Source: Octopus vulgaris (taxonomy: Eukaryota). From it: a stretch of 64,000 nt of DNA. Below the pieces are notes generated by a model. That model was not told where the DNA came from and did not search any database. It saw only the letters and a list, made by a program, of their open reading frames with translations. Of this stretch, positions 1 to 13,589 are shown piece by piece; position 1 is the first letter of the stretch, and every line of letters begins with the position of its first letter. The position numbers were made by a program, and so were the translations under genes. Where the stretch lies: NCBI GenBank assembly GCA_951406725.2, contig OX597821.1:39928001-39992000 (forward strand), read 5' to 3'.

Positions 1-61
1 TGTCACATTCTCTGTCCCAAATTCTTTTGAATAGGAATTCTTCTGGCTATATTACTTCTGT

Positions 62-295
62 AAGGGCGGCGAGCTGGCAGAAACGTTAGTGCGCCAGGCG
101 AAATGCTTAGCGGTATTTCGTCTGTAATTACATTGTGAGTTCGAATTTCGTTGAGGTCGACTTTGCATTTCATCCTTTTGGGGTCGATAAATAAAGTACC
201 AGTTTTGCACTGGGGTCGATGTAATCGACTTAATCCCTTTGTCTGTCTTTGTTTGTCCCCTCTGTGTTTAGCCCCTTGTGGGCAGTAAAGAAATA
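62..295 (+). mobile_element. SINE family A (tRNA-like head, Nin/Deu-domain-like core, tail type 1)
   Basis: A-box-like GAGCTGGCAGAA, B-box GAGTTCGAATT, core GGTCGACTTTGCATTTCATCC..GGGGTCGATAAA..AGTACCAG. 14-bp TSD tatattacttctgt (48-61, 296-309). More than 10 related copies in the window. Confidence 0.9.
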
Positions 296-600
296 TATAT
301 TACTTCTGTTCTCTAAACTGTCAGGAAAAGCAGTGGATCATCTGCTAATATTCCCTTGAAATATTTGATAATCACAAGAAAGTGATTTGAGTCGCATCTT
401 GAGGTTTTTAATCATCACATTTGAGGTCATTCTGGAGCACCACATTCTTATGTGTTTAAAACTTCAAAACTGAATGTAGGCTGGCCTCAATTCCAATAGA
501 TTTTGAATATTTTGATATTTGTATTTGTGATATGCCCTTTAAGTATTAAATTGGCCGAGGAAAGACAATATTGAAAACCCTTGAGCCTATATATATACTG

Positions 601-830
601 GTGGCGAGCTGGCAGAAATGTTAGCACGCCGGGCGAAATGCTTAGCAGTATTTCGTCTGCCGCTACATTCTGAGTTCAAATTCTGCCGAGGTCGACTTTG
701 CCTTTCATCCTTTCGGGGTCGATAAATTAAGTACCAGTTATGCACTGGGTTGATATAATCAACTTAATCCGTTTGTCTGTCCTTGTTCGTCCCCTCTGTG
801 TTTAGCCCCTTGTGTGTAGTAAAGAAATAT
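601..830 (+). mobile_element. SINE family A, tail type 1
   Basis: Highly similar to 62-295; TSD tatatatatactg on both sides. Confidence 0.9.
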
Positions 831-1828
831 ATATATATATACTGACCAACAGCTACATCCAGGACCAGTTGCTGTGGAACTTTGTCAGTGACCAGGTCAC
901 AGATAGTGCGCTAAAAATGTTGACACCAAATAATAAATGATTGAATGAAATTAAAAGATGTTGTGCGTTTTTTGAATGGTTAATATGTGTTTTCCATGCT
1001 GTAATTGCTTTATTCACCTTTTGTTACTTCCATATCTGACTCCCATTCTTCATTTTTCACTCGTTTTTCACTCTTGGAATCTTTAACCTATTCCTCACCT
1101 CCCCACTTCCTTTCCCCCTCTTTTTTATTATGCCTTCTTCAATCTGTTAGCTAGTCTCCCTTACCAGTAGAACATGCAAAATGTTGGGCAAAAACAAAGA
1201 ACAAGTGTACAAAATCAATGTTAATTACATTAGAGAGGGGAAAACACAACATTTTGGTGATTTGTCCTTTGACAAGATAGAGGGAAAGATGAAAACTAGA
1301 CTGGAAAAATAACAGGAAGCTGAGGCAGAGATGCAATCTGATGAAATGGCAGGAAACAAGTGGAAGAGAGGAAGTGTTTTTCGGCAGAGCAGAGTGAACA
1401 TCTAATAAAGGTAATATGCAACATAAACTTAGGAGGATGTGGTGAAACGTGTGGGTGTGTGTGTGTGCATTAGAAAATAAAGGGTCAAGTCTACAAGTAA
1501 GGTTGTGTACAGATGGATGTTTGCAAAATAGTTAGAAATAATTGCATGGTCATGCAAAGATGCTAAGTGGTTGATATGGCCAGCATATCATATAATGAGT
1601 AGCAGAGGGGAGAAAGAGTAGGAGAATGTATGGGGAGAGAAATTGGATGATTTGGAGTGCATATATTAATGTGTGTGGTGTGTGTGTGTGTGTGTGTGTG
1701 AATGCAGTAGTTAGAAATAAATGCATGGTGGTATAAGCAAAGCATTATAGTGTGGGTAGCTCTTAACAGAGGTATTTGTTCAAATGCATTTCCCATTTAA
1801 TAAAACTGAAAGACAAATATATACATAC

Positions 1829-1865
<37 letters not shown>

Positions 1866-2164
1866 GCTTCTTTTTTAAATGAAATACAAATGCTGAAGCA
1901 CAATTTGATTAAACTTATTTTTCGTATGTTTTCTGTGATTTTAATCCTACTCTCTTGCTTTTAGAATGTGGGAAAATGCGGTGGCAGTAAAGAATATTTA
2001 TGAGACAAGTGAACACTCTTTATAAAGCCATTTTTTCTGAATCTCACTGAATAATTTGGCAACTATTATTCTATATATTTTTTTTCCTTTCTGCCCAGCA
2101 TGAGTTCTGAAATTGATTTATAGAAATCTTTATGCTACTCAGTCTTTATTGTGATTATTTCACT

Positions 2165-2182
2165 CCTCTCTCTCTCTCTCTT

Positions 2183-2252
<70 letters not shown>

Positions 2253-2265
2253 CCTCTCTCTCTCT
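2165..2265. repeat. (CT)n microsatellite
   Basis: Read directly from the sequence. Confidence 0.95.
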
Positions 2266-2689
2266 TCTCCCTGCTGTTTAGCAATATAGAATTTAACAGT
2301 AGGAAATCTTAGAATTTTAAAATTCACATTTTAGATTTATGAAAAGAGAGAAAACAAAAACATTTTGTATAAAATATATGAGAAGTTGTTGTTGTCGTTG
2401 GTGTTGTTGTTTTAAAACATTTAACTGTGCACCAAAAGTATGATGTGAGTGAGTAATACAAGAACTAGGATGGTTGTTTAAATGATTCCATTTGTGATGT
2501 ATGTGACAAAAATGAGATCAATGAAGCAATGGTTTTGTCTAATGTAACATCGTGACACTCACTGTGAACAAGATCCCATCATTGACTTTAAATTTAAACT
2601 GTAACCAGCCGTTAAGCACCTCCTCTGAGGTACTTTATGGTTTGCTTCAGGTAGAATGAACATGACACAATATAGTTTATATGCCGACA

Positions 2690-2840
2690 GCTAACTTATT
2701 TAAAAAGGAAATACAATATTAAAGACATACTGGATAGCATTAGTTCGATATCTGAGTAAAAGATGGAGCTGGTCAAGGCTGGATTACTTTTGATCATATG
2801 TGTTCAATTACCACTTGCCTAGGGTTAAACGACAACATGA
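2690..2840 (+). mobile_element. Old dispersed repeat family E (3' end ...ggtcaaggctgga...tgatcat...gggttaaacaacaac)
   Basis: Same degenerate motif order recurs at about 8349-8560(-), 24960-25160(-), 46810-47400(+, split by a Helitron), 52060-52200(-) and 63740-63940(-). Confidence 0.55.
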
Positions 2841-2940
2841 ACAAGAAATCCATTGACAGAAGAATTATTGGTTGCCATACTGAGGGTAATGATGAATCAG
2901 TTTAATAAGTAATTAAATTTGATATCTGCAATATATTGCA

Positions 2941-3143
2941 GCCTCGTCTGGCACCTGTGTCGGTGGCACATAAAAAGCACCCACTACATTCACGGAGTGG
3001 TTGGCGTTAGGAAGGTCATCCAGCTGTAGAAACACTGCCAGATCTGACTGGCCTGGTACAGCCTTCGGGCTTCCCAGACCCCAGTTGAACCGTCCAACCC
3101 ATGCTAGCATGGAAAGCGGACGTTAAACGATGATGATGATGAT
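2941..3143 (+). mobile_element. SINE family B (Meta-domain-like core GGCGTTAGGAAGGGCATCCAGCTGTAGAAA, (GAT)n tail), 5'-truncated
   Basis: About 10 related copies, all ending ...ccatgctagcatggaaa.cggacgttaaacgatgatgat. Confidence 0.85.
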
Positions 3144-5481
3144 ATTAATGGGAAGTTGTGTGATTTCAGAGAAGGCAGGGAGACAATATAAAAGTGAAGA
3201 GAGCAAACAGACCTGATGTCAGTAGTTTGTATCCCTAATGCAACTGTACTTTATCTTTGCTAAGCGTTTTTGTCTCTCTTTACCTTTTAGTTTTTTATAA
3301 ATTAGACTGAAATAGGAATGACAAGCCATGACTATTTTCTTGGGCTTCGAGATTGATGAGAAGAAATGAGAAAGTCAAATGTTAGACTGAAGCTTTGGTC
3401 TGAGTACGTGTAATGTAATTCTGCTACCAGCATCACAAGTACCTGCAGGCCAGGTGGAGATGATAAACTGGGTGATGGGTGAAGCTTAGTCCCCAAAACA
3501 GACATGGTTACTAACAAGGTGTTGACTGAGCTCAGGTTGTGATGGAAGAGACTTGTTGGAACTTGGTACAGTTTACAATCGTAAGCACATATATTGATGT
3601 ACAATCAAAATTTGTCTTGTTGTTGTTGCTGTTAATGTTGTTAAGCAACAAGATGGGTAAGAGTGATTAGGTGATGGCCTAGGGCTTAGGGGCGAGAGAC
3701 ACCAGACCTTAAAAAAAAAGTTTGGTCATCTTGTTGTAGTCGAGGGCTCTTCATTGACACCCAACACCACTGGGAGGTGACCCTCAAAGTCGCTGGAAAT
3801 GGATATCTCCAGATCCAAATTCTTGGACGGCGTCTTGTTGTCTTGGAGTGCTGAGTTCAAATTAGAATTATGCATAGAGATGGCAGTGAGAAACATTTCT
3901 AGTGTATTCCTCCCACAAATTATTGGAAAACCTTCCTGGCTATATGTAGGAGTTTTTGTACTCCCATAGTGTTAGTGAATTCATCTCAAAGATGGGAAAT
4001 TTTTGCTTAAGTGGTTTGATGTGGTGGAAGAGGATTAGCAGCAAATTTGTAAGGTCTCTGCTAACATCACAACATTGGTGAGGTTAATGGGATTAATGTT
4101 CTGCTTGAAATCAATTGCTACAGGTAAGTCGTAGCAGGGGTGGTTCTCCACAGGGCCAACATTGTAAAGAGAAAGGAATAGGTGTAGGAGTTAGAGTTAG
4201 GATTGGGCAGAGGAACTAGGTTAAGAAGGGAAGTGGGCAGTGAGAGTTTAGGGTAAGGACTGCTGGGGTGGTGACTATATGGTTGAAAAGTGGGCAAGAA
4301 ACCAGGGAGTAGGGTGTGACTGAGTGGAGGTTGTCTGAGACCAGCTAACTGCGAAGAGCAAAGCCATTGTAGTTGTGGTAGAATAGACACAGGCAGAAGA
4401 CAATGCATCCATAGTTCAGATATAAAGAGGCTGAGTAAATTTTAAATAATGAATAAACATCATAAACTGAGTTAAGATTGTCCCGTATCCCACTGCTGTC
4501 AAATTTGTTAATTAACTTTTGGAGGTTGGCAAGGAAATTATTATATTTATTAAAATATAGCATCAGTCAAAGTTACATCAAGACAGTTTTTAGAAGAAAG
4601 ATGCAGAGTAAATTCCATACAGCTGGTTTGGTAAAAGTATCTGTATCTTAGAAGAGGCAACAGCTTTATCTTTATTAGCCTGATTCCTTCTGTTGGTTAA
4701 AGAATTTCAGCTTCTTTCACTTTCTCTCACAGTGATGAAGTTTTTCTCCTCCTTTGATAATATCCCATGTCATCAAATTAATGAAGACAAAGACGATGAC
4801 GATGACCACCACCACCATCCCCATTGATGGTGGCTATAGCATTGTCATCATTATAGTCATCATCATCATCATCATCATCATCAGCTACAACAACAATAAC
4901 AAATGGTTTTGGTAAAAAGTTCAAAATGTAGTTTTCACTAGTATCTCTCTCATCAAATAAACATGACCCATCCATCATCAGTTGTGCCAAAATTAATACA
5001 ACAGGTTTAAAGTTTATGTTTAGGGTTTTCAAAAGTACTCAGAAGATTTGGCTCTGATATTCAATAATAATCAACATTAAAGTTCATAGAAATATTTCAG
5101 TTATTTTATTCTGTAATTCTGTAATTTTGATGCCATTCTACTCCCACCTGCACCTCCCCCCCTATCGTATAAGCAACTTAGAAAAGTAAATTGATAATGG
5201 AAAAGACTAATTAAAAGAGTTAATCAGTAGAAACAGTTCCTGTTTCCACAAAGTGTCTCTTAACTCACCTCAAGTATCAACATAACAAATATGGTAAATG
5301 TAATAAATAATGGAATATTTAATTAAAAAAAGCTGCTAAAATTTTCACTTAGGGGCACAAATGGTAAAGCTGTCCATGACAGCTGCTGAGATACATTGAC
5401 AAAGAGAGAGTAATTCACAAACTGATATAGCCACACCTGTTGTTGATGCAGTTGGCACCATACACACAATGGTATGATACT

Positions 5482-5722
5482 GACAGTATAAGGTGGTGAG
5501 CTGGCAGAATTGTTAGCACTCCGGGCGAAATGCTTAGCGGTATTTCATCTGTCGCTATGTTCTGAGTTCAAATTCCGCCGAGGTCGACTTTGCCTTTCAT
5601 CCTTTCAGGGTCGGTTAAATAAGAACCAGTTACGCACTGGGGTCGATATAATCGACTTATCCGTTTGTCTGTCCTTGTTTGTCCTCTCTGTGTTTAGCCC
5701 CTTGTTAGTAGTAAAGAAATAA
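5482..5722 (+). mobile_element. SINE family A, tail type 1
   Basis: Family match; TSD gtatgatact (5472-5481, 5723-5732). Confidence 0.9.
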
Positions 5723-6374
5723 GTATGATACTTGGAGTAATAGTTATACAAAAAGACTGGTGATGGCAGTGGTGGGGGTGGGAGTCTTGGTGGTGGTGCA
5801 GTCTGAGTGGGTAACCTAGTTGTGACCATCCCATATTTTTTGCCTGTGTTGCTAACATTTTATTCTGTGTTCCTACATAATTAAAGGTAGGTTGCTAGTT
5901 AGTGGAATTTGGCTGTTATTTCTTGTTGAAAGTTTTAAGAAATCAATAGATATGAGTGTTCTCAAAAATACAAACTTGACATTTTGTTCTTTATTTTAAA
6001 GATACTTGGTATTTTGTTTTCGGATTGTAACAGTTTTATCAGCTAACTTCCTTCTTATTTGCAAATGTTGATAAAATATTTGCTTAGTTTGATTTTTTTA
6101 TGGTTTCTTCAGATGCTATAGGAATGTCTGAAATATCTCTAAGAATTATTTTACCAATATAAGCATCTATCTCTTTAATATTTGAACTTTATGTATAAAA
6201 TGTTTTGGCAAGAATTATGAGATGATACATGAGATCAGGAAATAGCTAATTCTCTTTCCATTGCTCATATTGTTGTATATATAAATCGCTTTGAATGGGT
6301 TTTTGGAAGCATGACACTGACATAAAATGTCTTGATGCATTGGTACCATTATTAGAAGGTCAGAAAGTACTGTC

Positions 6375-6590
6375 TCAAGTCCTGGGGCTAATAGAGTTGG
6401 CTACAAGGTTCCCATTGTGTATAAGTAACTGGGATCACAATTCTTCTCCAGAACAAAATGTTAGTCCATCGCAGTGTTACTTATTTATAACAGAAGGGAC
6501 TGAGGCAATAAGAAATGAAATGCTTTGCTCATGAACACAACACATCACCAAGTGCAGGAATGGTTTAGCAATCATGAGTGCAAGCACCAA
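6375..6590 (-). mobile_element. Old degenerate tRNA/CORE-like SINE
   Basis: Minus strand reads gtgttgtgttcatgagcaaagcatttcattt...ctgcgatggact, resembling the head at 23828 and the tail of 49248-49554. Confidence 0.45.
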
Positions 6591-7354
6591 CCCATAAGGT
6601 AATGAGCCTCCTATTAGATGGTAACATGGAAGAAGCGGAAGAAAACATTCACAGTGGAGCAGCTTCAATGCATTAAAGGCAGCTCTCTGTATTCTGCTTT
6701 CATCTGCCCATGAGTTCCACTGAACATTAAATGAGATGAGTGTGACACTTATAGATGAGGGGACGTCTATACAATCAGTCAACTCCAGCATTTGAATGAG
6801 GTAGATTAAAGATCAACAGATTGCTTCAAGAGTGATCAAAACCACTTCCTACAATATCTCTACAACTGGTAATCCAGAAATTGCCAGAGTATTGAGGTCA
6901 GGTTGTAGATCATTTGTTTTAGAAATTCCAAGACCAATGGAGGGAAAGAGGTGGTTGTGACCCTAACTCATGGGTCATCCTCAAGCTAAAGACCTGATCC
7001 AAAAGCTTGCAACAGAGAGGAACCTGACAAAGATATTTGGGTGTCTTTATTACAATCCTTTCTCTTGGGTAGTACACTTAATCCATCATACAGTATAACA
7101 CCCAACATTAGGGTATTAAACTGGATTAAGTCTATCCCCTGGTATTGAACTTACAACCACATGATTGCAAACCAAATTCTTTATCACAATGCCATACCCT
7201 AAACCCAGATCAGATTAAATTGACTTCATAAAAACTGGCCTCTATCATAATATATTTACATGCTTGTTGCACTTTCTATATTTTATGGTTTTAAAAACAT
7301 ATGTAACATTGTATCAAGTCACACACATATAAAACATATAAATGTACATAAGTA

Positions 7355-7374
7355 TGATATATATATATATATGC

Positions 7375-7439
<65 letters not shown>

Positions 7440-7444
7440 TGTAC

Positions 7445-7476
<32 letters not shown>

Positions 7477-7490
7477 GCACATATATATTG

Positions 7491-7521
<31 letters not shown>

Positions 7522-7625
7522 ATATATGTATGTATAACGTATATATACACACATATAAATATATATTTATTTGTATGTATGTATATATCATCGACACTTA
7601 CACATAAATACACACATGTATGCAT
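7355..7625. repeat. Compound (TA)n/(TATG)n microsatellite
   Basis: Read directly; source of the YIYI-type ORFs. Confidence 0.95.
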
Positions 7626-7954
7626 GAATGTTTTGTTGGAGAAATGAGTGGAAAGTGTTTTAATCAATTTAATGTCGAGCCAATCACATTCTGTAACACA
7701 GCATTTGATTAGTGTAAGTACAGGGTGTAATATATTTGATATGCTAAGGGGAAAAAGAAAGATTTATTATGCTTTTAGCCTCACATGTAGTTACCAGAAA
7801 AGTGGAAGTACTAAAGTAATATAATTATTTCTGTGTTATCCTTAAATCATGTCAATCGACATAACTAATAGAAACTGCTGTTTAGATCACGTTAATTAAT
7901 TCTGTAGTTTAAGTAGTAGGGGTGGGGGTGTCGATTTTGTTGCTGTTGTTGGTG

Positions 7955-8333
7955 ATGTGATGTTGATGTTGATGTTGAGTGAAGCGGTCTTCTGTAGTGA
8001 GACAAGTCCGAAACGTGGTCCTTTGCTATTCGTAAGACCCGCAGAAGAGAAAGCAGGTCAACCCCCGACGCCGAGAACATCAACAGATGGATGAATGCGC
8101 ATCAAGACTCAGCGGTTACGTAGGAAGTTGGGGACAAGAAACAGGAAAAAAGAGTGAGAGAAAGTTGGAGCAAAAGAGTTCAACAGGGGTCGCCACCACC
8201 CCCTGTCGGAGCCTCATGGAGCTTTTAGGTGTTTTCACTCAATAAACACACACAACACCCGGTCTGGGAATTGAAACCGTGATCCTCCGACCACAAGTCC
8301 GCTGCCCTAACCACTGGGCCATTGCGCCTCCAC
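7955..8333 (-). mobile_element. SINE family D1, full length, tRNA-derived head, (CAACAT)n tail
   Basis: Minus strand A box TGGCCCAGTGG and B box GGTTTCAATTCC. 15-bp TSD ttgctgttgttggtg (7940-7954, 8334-8348). Confidence 0.9.
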
Positions 8334-9059
8334 TTGCTGTTGTTGGTGTTGTGTTTGTTTAACCCTTGGTCAGTTTCGATTAAACAAAACCTATGATCAA
8401 AGATATTCAAGCTTTAATGTATTTTTTCAGATACAGTCCATCTAGCAGTACATTATCTATTGTACCCATCACAGTTTTTAAGCTACTAGCATGTAACGTG
8501 AGGCTGATTTGGTTCCTATTTCTAACAGATTGTAGGACCCTGTAGAGGCCTACTTATTGGTTTGTGAGTAGATGAGTATAAAGAATCGACAGGGTGAATT
8601 AAGTGAGCCCTGTTGCATTTTGATTGGTTAATATTTGGAAGAAGCTGTTGTATTGTGATTGGCTGGTTATTAGTGAGAAGTGGCTGCCTTGGTTTAGCTG
8701 AAAATGTCTTTTGTAAATATAGTTATACTGTAACAAGTCTACAGCCTAGAAGTTTGTCATAAAGTTAATTATATTTTTAAATATATTTAGATATTTCTGT
8801 AATTTTGTTAATTAATTTCATATTGACAACTAATTGTTATTTGTGTTTGGTTATATTTAAATATATTTGAAAATAACACTAGTGTCTTATCAATTCTAAT
8901 TTAATTCCAAATTTGATTATTTTGGCACCATATAGCATGGAAACTTCCAGGTTGAGGATAGTCAAATGGATATAACCATCAAAAGATCAGTTAATTTACC
9001 GGCCTATTCTGACATTTCTTAACCTTTTCTATATTAGTTTAATACACCATTTTTGTAAA

Positions 9060-9390
9060 GGGTGTATAAGGTATTTGAGGACATACCATTTTGGTGGTTA
9101 TTGCTGCATTTTTTGCTAACTCTGTATAATCTTTGTTTCAGAAAATAATAATAGTAGACCCTCAGCTTACTCAAGAAATGAAGAGGCATGCTGCTATTGT
9201 GGTTATAAAGGTTGAGCATAGCGATTTAGAAATATCTCGATTTTTAAAAGTTGCCAGATCTTTCATCTACAAAGTTTGCAAGGAGCTAGAGATTGGAGAT
9301 GGAAATGTATCACCAGTATCAAAGCATAAAAAGCATTCTAAACACTCTGAAATCATCAGGAAACTCAAATTTATCCAGCAACTTCAACAG
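9060..9390 (+). mobile_element. Tc1/mariner (maT/DD37D-like) transposase 5' fragment, N-terminal HTH region
   Basis: ORF 9133-9477 contains MKRHAAIVVIKVEHSDLEISRFLKVARSFIYKVCKELE, an HTH-like pattern; truncated by another repeat near 9395. Confidence 0.7.
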
Positions 9391-9583
9391 TCACTTGCAC
9401 ATTATTTTTACAAGCAGGCTGTTCCGTTGATCGGATCAACTGGAACCCTCATTGTCATAACCGGCAGAGTGCCATGAGAAGAGCATCCAACAATAAAAAC
9501 CATGATAAAGCAATGCAATGCAGCCTTTCAACTCCATTGAGCCATTCCATCCATGCCAACATAGAAGACAGTTATTAAATGAT

Positions 9584-9840
9584 GCTGGTGGCACGTAAAA
9601 AGCACCAACCAATCGTGGCCGCTGCCAGACTCCCCTGGCACCTGTGCTGGTGGCACGTAAAAAGCACCCACTACACTCTCGGAGTGGTTGGCATTAGGAA
9701 GGGCATCCAGCTGTAGAAACACTGCCAGATCAGACTGGAGCCTGGTGCAGCCTCCTGGCTTCCCAGACCCCGGTCGAACCGTCCAACCCGTGCTAGCACG
9801 GAAAACGGACGTTAAACGATGATGATGATGATGATGATGA
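9584..9840 (+). mobile_element. SINE family B with two internal modules, abutting the tail of an older B copy (about 9530-9584)
   Basis: Two GGTGGCACGTAAAAAGCACC-type modules, family core and (GAT)n tail. Confidence 0.85.
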
Positions 9841-10595
9841 AGATGAGGATGGCTTTCTAGTTTCTGAATAAACACAAATTTAGAAATATAAAAGCTGTAT
9901 TCACATCATATGTAAATAAGAAAAAGTTTGCAAGCAAATTCCTACCAAAGAGGCTTGATCATACACAGCACTAGAATTAACCTGTTTAGTGCTGTTTAGC
10001 ATCCATTAACATATGAGCTCAAAGCAGTAAAAGTTTGTTGTCACATCTGCTGTTCACTTTTGTGAGTTGTTTACTGAAACCCAGCCAATAGGTGACAGCA
10101 GGGGAACAAAATAGAGCCTCATGAGAGAAGATGGCATGGCAGATTTTAAATATGTCATGAAAGTAGCTTCTAATAGAAGCTGTGCAACACACATGGGTTG
10201 TAGCGTTATGAAAAACATAGAAATAAAAATGGCAGGTGGGATATTGTTATGAGGGAGATTCAGCAGATTAAGAGGAAGAGGGCATAGCGAAAGTAGCGGG
10301 GTCACAAAGCCAAACTATTTTGAGGAACACAAGAGGCAACTGAATAAAAGAAGTTATTGTGAAATATATTTTGGTCATTAATAGCAACCAAGTAGTGATT
10401 CTTCCAGGAATCGGTGAAGGAAGAGATTGGCAAGACAAAACCAAAGCCTGCCAGAATCAATGCAATGAAGGGTACCTTATTTGCATGTTGGATTGGAATC
10501 TAATGTGAATTTAATAAGAATAATACTGTAATAAACGAGTTTTGAAGATGTATAATTCTCCATTCTTTTTTACGATGTCTTGTATGTGTGTGTGA

Positions 10596-10642
<47 letters not shown>

Positions 10643-10820
10643 GAGAGAGAGAGAGAGATATATACATATATATATACATACACACAAACACACACATGCA
10701 CACATATTTACATATATAATGCTATTCCTTATTAGTTAAAACATATAATGTTTTAAATAAACCACAAGAGCATATACTTTATATGTGTGTGTGTGTTTGT
10801 GTATACATACGAGCACACAC

Positions 10821-10940
10821 ACACACTCACACACACGCACACACACTCACACACACGCACACACACTCACACACACGCACACACACTCACACACACGCAC
10901 ACACACTCACACACACGCACACACACTCACACACACGCAC
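10821..10940. repeat. Higher-order 20-bp tandem repeat x6 within (CA)n
   Basis: acacactcacacacacgcac repeated six times exactly. Confidence 0.95.
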
Positions 10941-11279
10941 ACACAAAGTTGTACTAATGCATGATATGAGTTTGTGCTGTGTTGTACTACTAAACAATGT
11001 TACCTCCACAGAGCAGTACTTTTGTTCTCATCACAGTAAAATTAAATTTTACTTCCTTACATTATCTAAATTCTAAACATTATCCTAGCTAATCTTTCCA
11101 AATTTCAATTGGCTTTCCATTAATTACAATATATGTTCAGAATTAAAATTAATTTCATCATTTCTTTTCGAGCAAAATGTAATTTGTCACAACTACTATT
11201 TGCTATTAACTGAGAGGAATACACAGGAGGTCTACTTACACTTTGCAATTGTTTTCCTTTCTCTTTAAAGATTAAAATC

Positions 11280-11280
<1 letters not shown>

Positions 11281-11325
<45 letters not shown>

Positions 11326-11350
11326 GTAATAATAATAACAATAATAATAT
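11281..11350. repeat. (AAT)n microsatellite
   Basis: Read directly. Confidence 0.95.
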
Positions 11351-12242
11351 TCGTTGGTAGAATGCTGGAGAAGGAATAGTTGGAATTTAGTTTTAATTTA
11401 GTCATTCTGAAAGTATGTTGTGTCAGAAGTGCAAGGCCTATAGTCTGTTGACAAATGTTTTCATCTTTCCATAAATTATAATCCATTATGAAAATCTTTA
11501 TCTGTCGAAGTTATTATTGTCTCACGAAAAATTTATCTAATTTCAATTATATTGTCTGTTTATAAATTGCTTTGTTTGATAACACAATAAGTGCCTCTCA
11601 GTTGATAAAAGATAGTTGATGTACTAAAGTAGCTTACTATCTGTTTGCAGTCTAAACTTAGAAATGATATCAAAATGTATTGTGCTTATTCTGTTTTCGT
11701 TTTGCTCAACAAATCTTTGCTTTGCAAAATTCACTGATAGTTTATCAAAAGTGTCTTTTGAGTTTGGGTTATTAGAATTCTATTGCTTTCTCCTATGGAA
11801 TATCTACGCCCCCTTTTCTTTCTTTCATATGCATATGTGTAGGTGTGTATGTGTGGGTGTGAAGACAAAGGGTGTCATTGTTTACTGGTTTTCAACTGAC
11901 CAATCACAAGTTCACTGAATTTCTGATTGTCATTGAGACAAGGGGCCAGCTCTAAACTCATTGGACTCTGGGAATCAAAGACTATCGGTTTGTGTGTGTG
12001 GTTTATTTTTTGGTAGGGAGATATTTTATTTATTTTTTTGCTGATGTTTACATCCTTCATTGATATATAGAGAAAAATATAAGCATGCATGCATGCAAAT
12101 ACATCCATAAAACATAATACACACATTCACACACAGACACACATACATACATATTTGAACATACATTTATTTGAATCAGGTCAGTGAACTGTTACATACA
12201 CATGTATATGTATGCATGTGTGTGTGCATGTATGTGCATGTA

Positions 12243-12295
<53 letters not shown>

Positions 12296-12346
12296 GCATA
12301 TATATATATATGCATTTATATGTATATAAGTATGTCTATATGTATA

Positions 12347-12397
<51 letters not shown>

Positions 12398-12704
12398 ATA
12401 TATGTATGTGTTTCATGTATGTATACATATATATATATAGACATATACATATATATCCACACACATGTATTTAATATATATTTTATAGACCTTAAGCACC
12501 ATATAAAATATATCGACTGACTTTAAAAGCTCAATTCTTTAACATGTTATAGAACTCCAATATATTATTACTTCAATGTAATATTCATAACAAGAATGTG
12601 TGTGTGTGTGTGCCTGAATGTGTGTGCGGTGTGTGTGTACATGTGGATGCACTCTCTCTTGCACATCGTGTCAGAGAATTGATACATATGTATCGAGAGA
12701 GTAA

Positions 12705-12930
12705 TGCATCATCATCCTCATCACCATCAGCCTCATTTAACAACCAGCTTCCTTGTCTTCATGGCTTAACAGAATCTGATGAGCTGGAGAATTGCATGAT
12801 GTTCCAGTATCCTCTTTGGCTTGTTTTCTACTGCTGGATGGTCCTCCTAATATGCTGGACATGGCACGGAGTATATTGGGTACTATTTCATGGTACTGGA
12901 ACTAATAAAGATTATCTGATAACTCTGAAG
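12705..12930 (-). mobile_element. Old diverged SINE family B-like copy
   Basis: (CAT)n start, ctgctggatggtcctcctaat, gtatattgggtact motifs. Confidence 0.55.
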
Positions 12931-12959
12931 GCTAAGTGGCACACCGTAGACCCATAATT

Positions 12960-13460
12960 AATGGCTGGTTTTGACAATTTATGCTAGTGTTGTGTAACTG
13001 CCCCCCCCCTTAAAAACACCCTTCAATCGTTGGGTGTTATGTTGAGCTTGTGAAGACCTGTCGAAATGAGAGAAATCATTGTCGTGGCCGATGCCAGTGC
13101 TACCTGATTGGCACTCATTCTGGTGGCACATAAAAAGTACCATTTGAGTGTTGGGCCCCATGGAGGCAGTGATAAGTGACCAAAGCCCTTGGTGATATAC
13201 TGTGCTCGTGTTGACCTGTCAAGACAAGTGAGACCGTAGTCATGGTGTCAGGTCAATGGCATCTGTGCCAGCATCATGTAAAAGACACCCACTGTACTCT
13301 TGCAGTGGTTGGCATTAGGAAGGGCATCCAGCCATAGAAACCTTGCCAAATCAGAGTCGAACTTGGCGCAGCTCCCTGGCTTTCCAGTTTTCTGTCAAAC
13401 TGTCCAACCCAAGCGAGCATGGAAAATGGATGTTTAAACAAAGATGATGATGATGGTGAT
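12960..13460 (+). mobile_element. Long SINE family B copy including upstream 5' segment
   Basis: Core ggcattaggaagggcatccagcc and (GAT)n tail; 5' part resembles the reverse complement of about 50850-50990. Confidence 0.75.
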
Positions 13461-13589
13461 CACTTTACAGCATAATCAGTAATGACTGCATGACTGGGGA
13501 CAAACTAGATCACAGGAAGAACAATCCCAGCTGAACATTTGGAAGATTGGGATTGAATTTATGAAACAATAGTTCTTTGTTGGTTCGTG

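Noticed and set aside
1940-2030. Plus-strand acceptor ctctcttgcttttag followed by ECGKMRGSKEYL*
   Set aside because: All frames close quickly, no strong donor, no recognisable domain.
2913-3110. Recurring peptide AVFLQLDALPNANHS..VVGAFYVPP in several ORFs
   Set aside because: Antisense translation of SINE B; frames differ between copies.
7260-7667. ORFs of [12 protein letters not shown] type here and near 10.5, 12.2, 20, 32.7, 35.7-36.9, 38, 46.2, 52.4 and 54.7 kb
   Set aside because: Translations of dinucleotide microsatellites; open in several frames on both strands.
8260-8333. tRNA gene (also at 17030-17097, 23828, 48690-48757, 49480-49554)
   Set aside because: A/B boxes are present but acceptor stems are not intact and there is no adjacent poly-T terminator; they continue into SINE bodies, some with TSDs.
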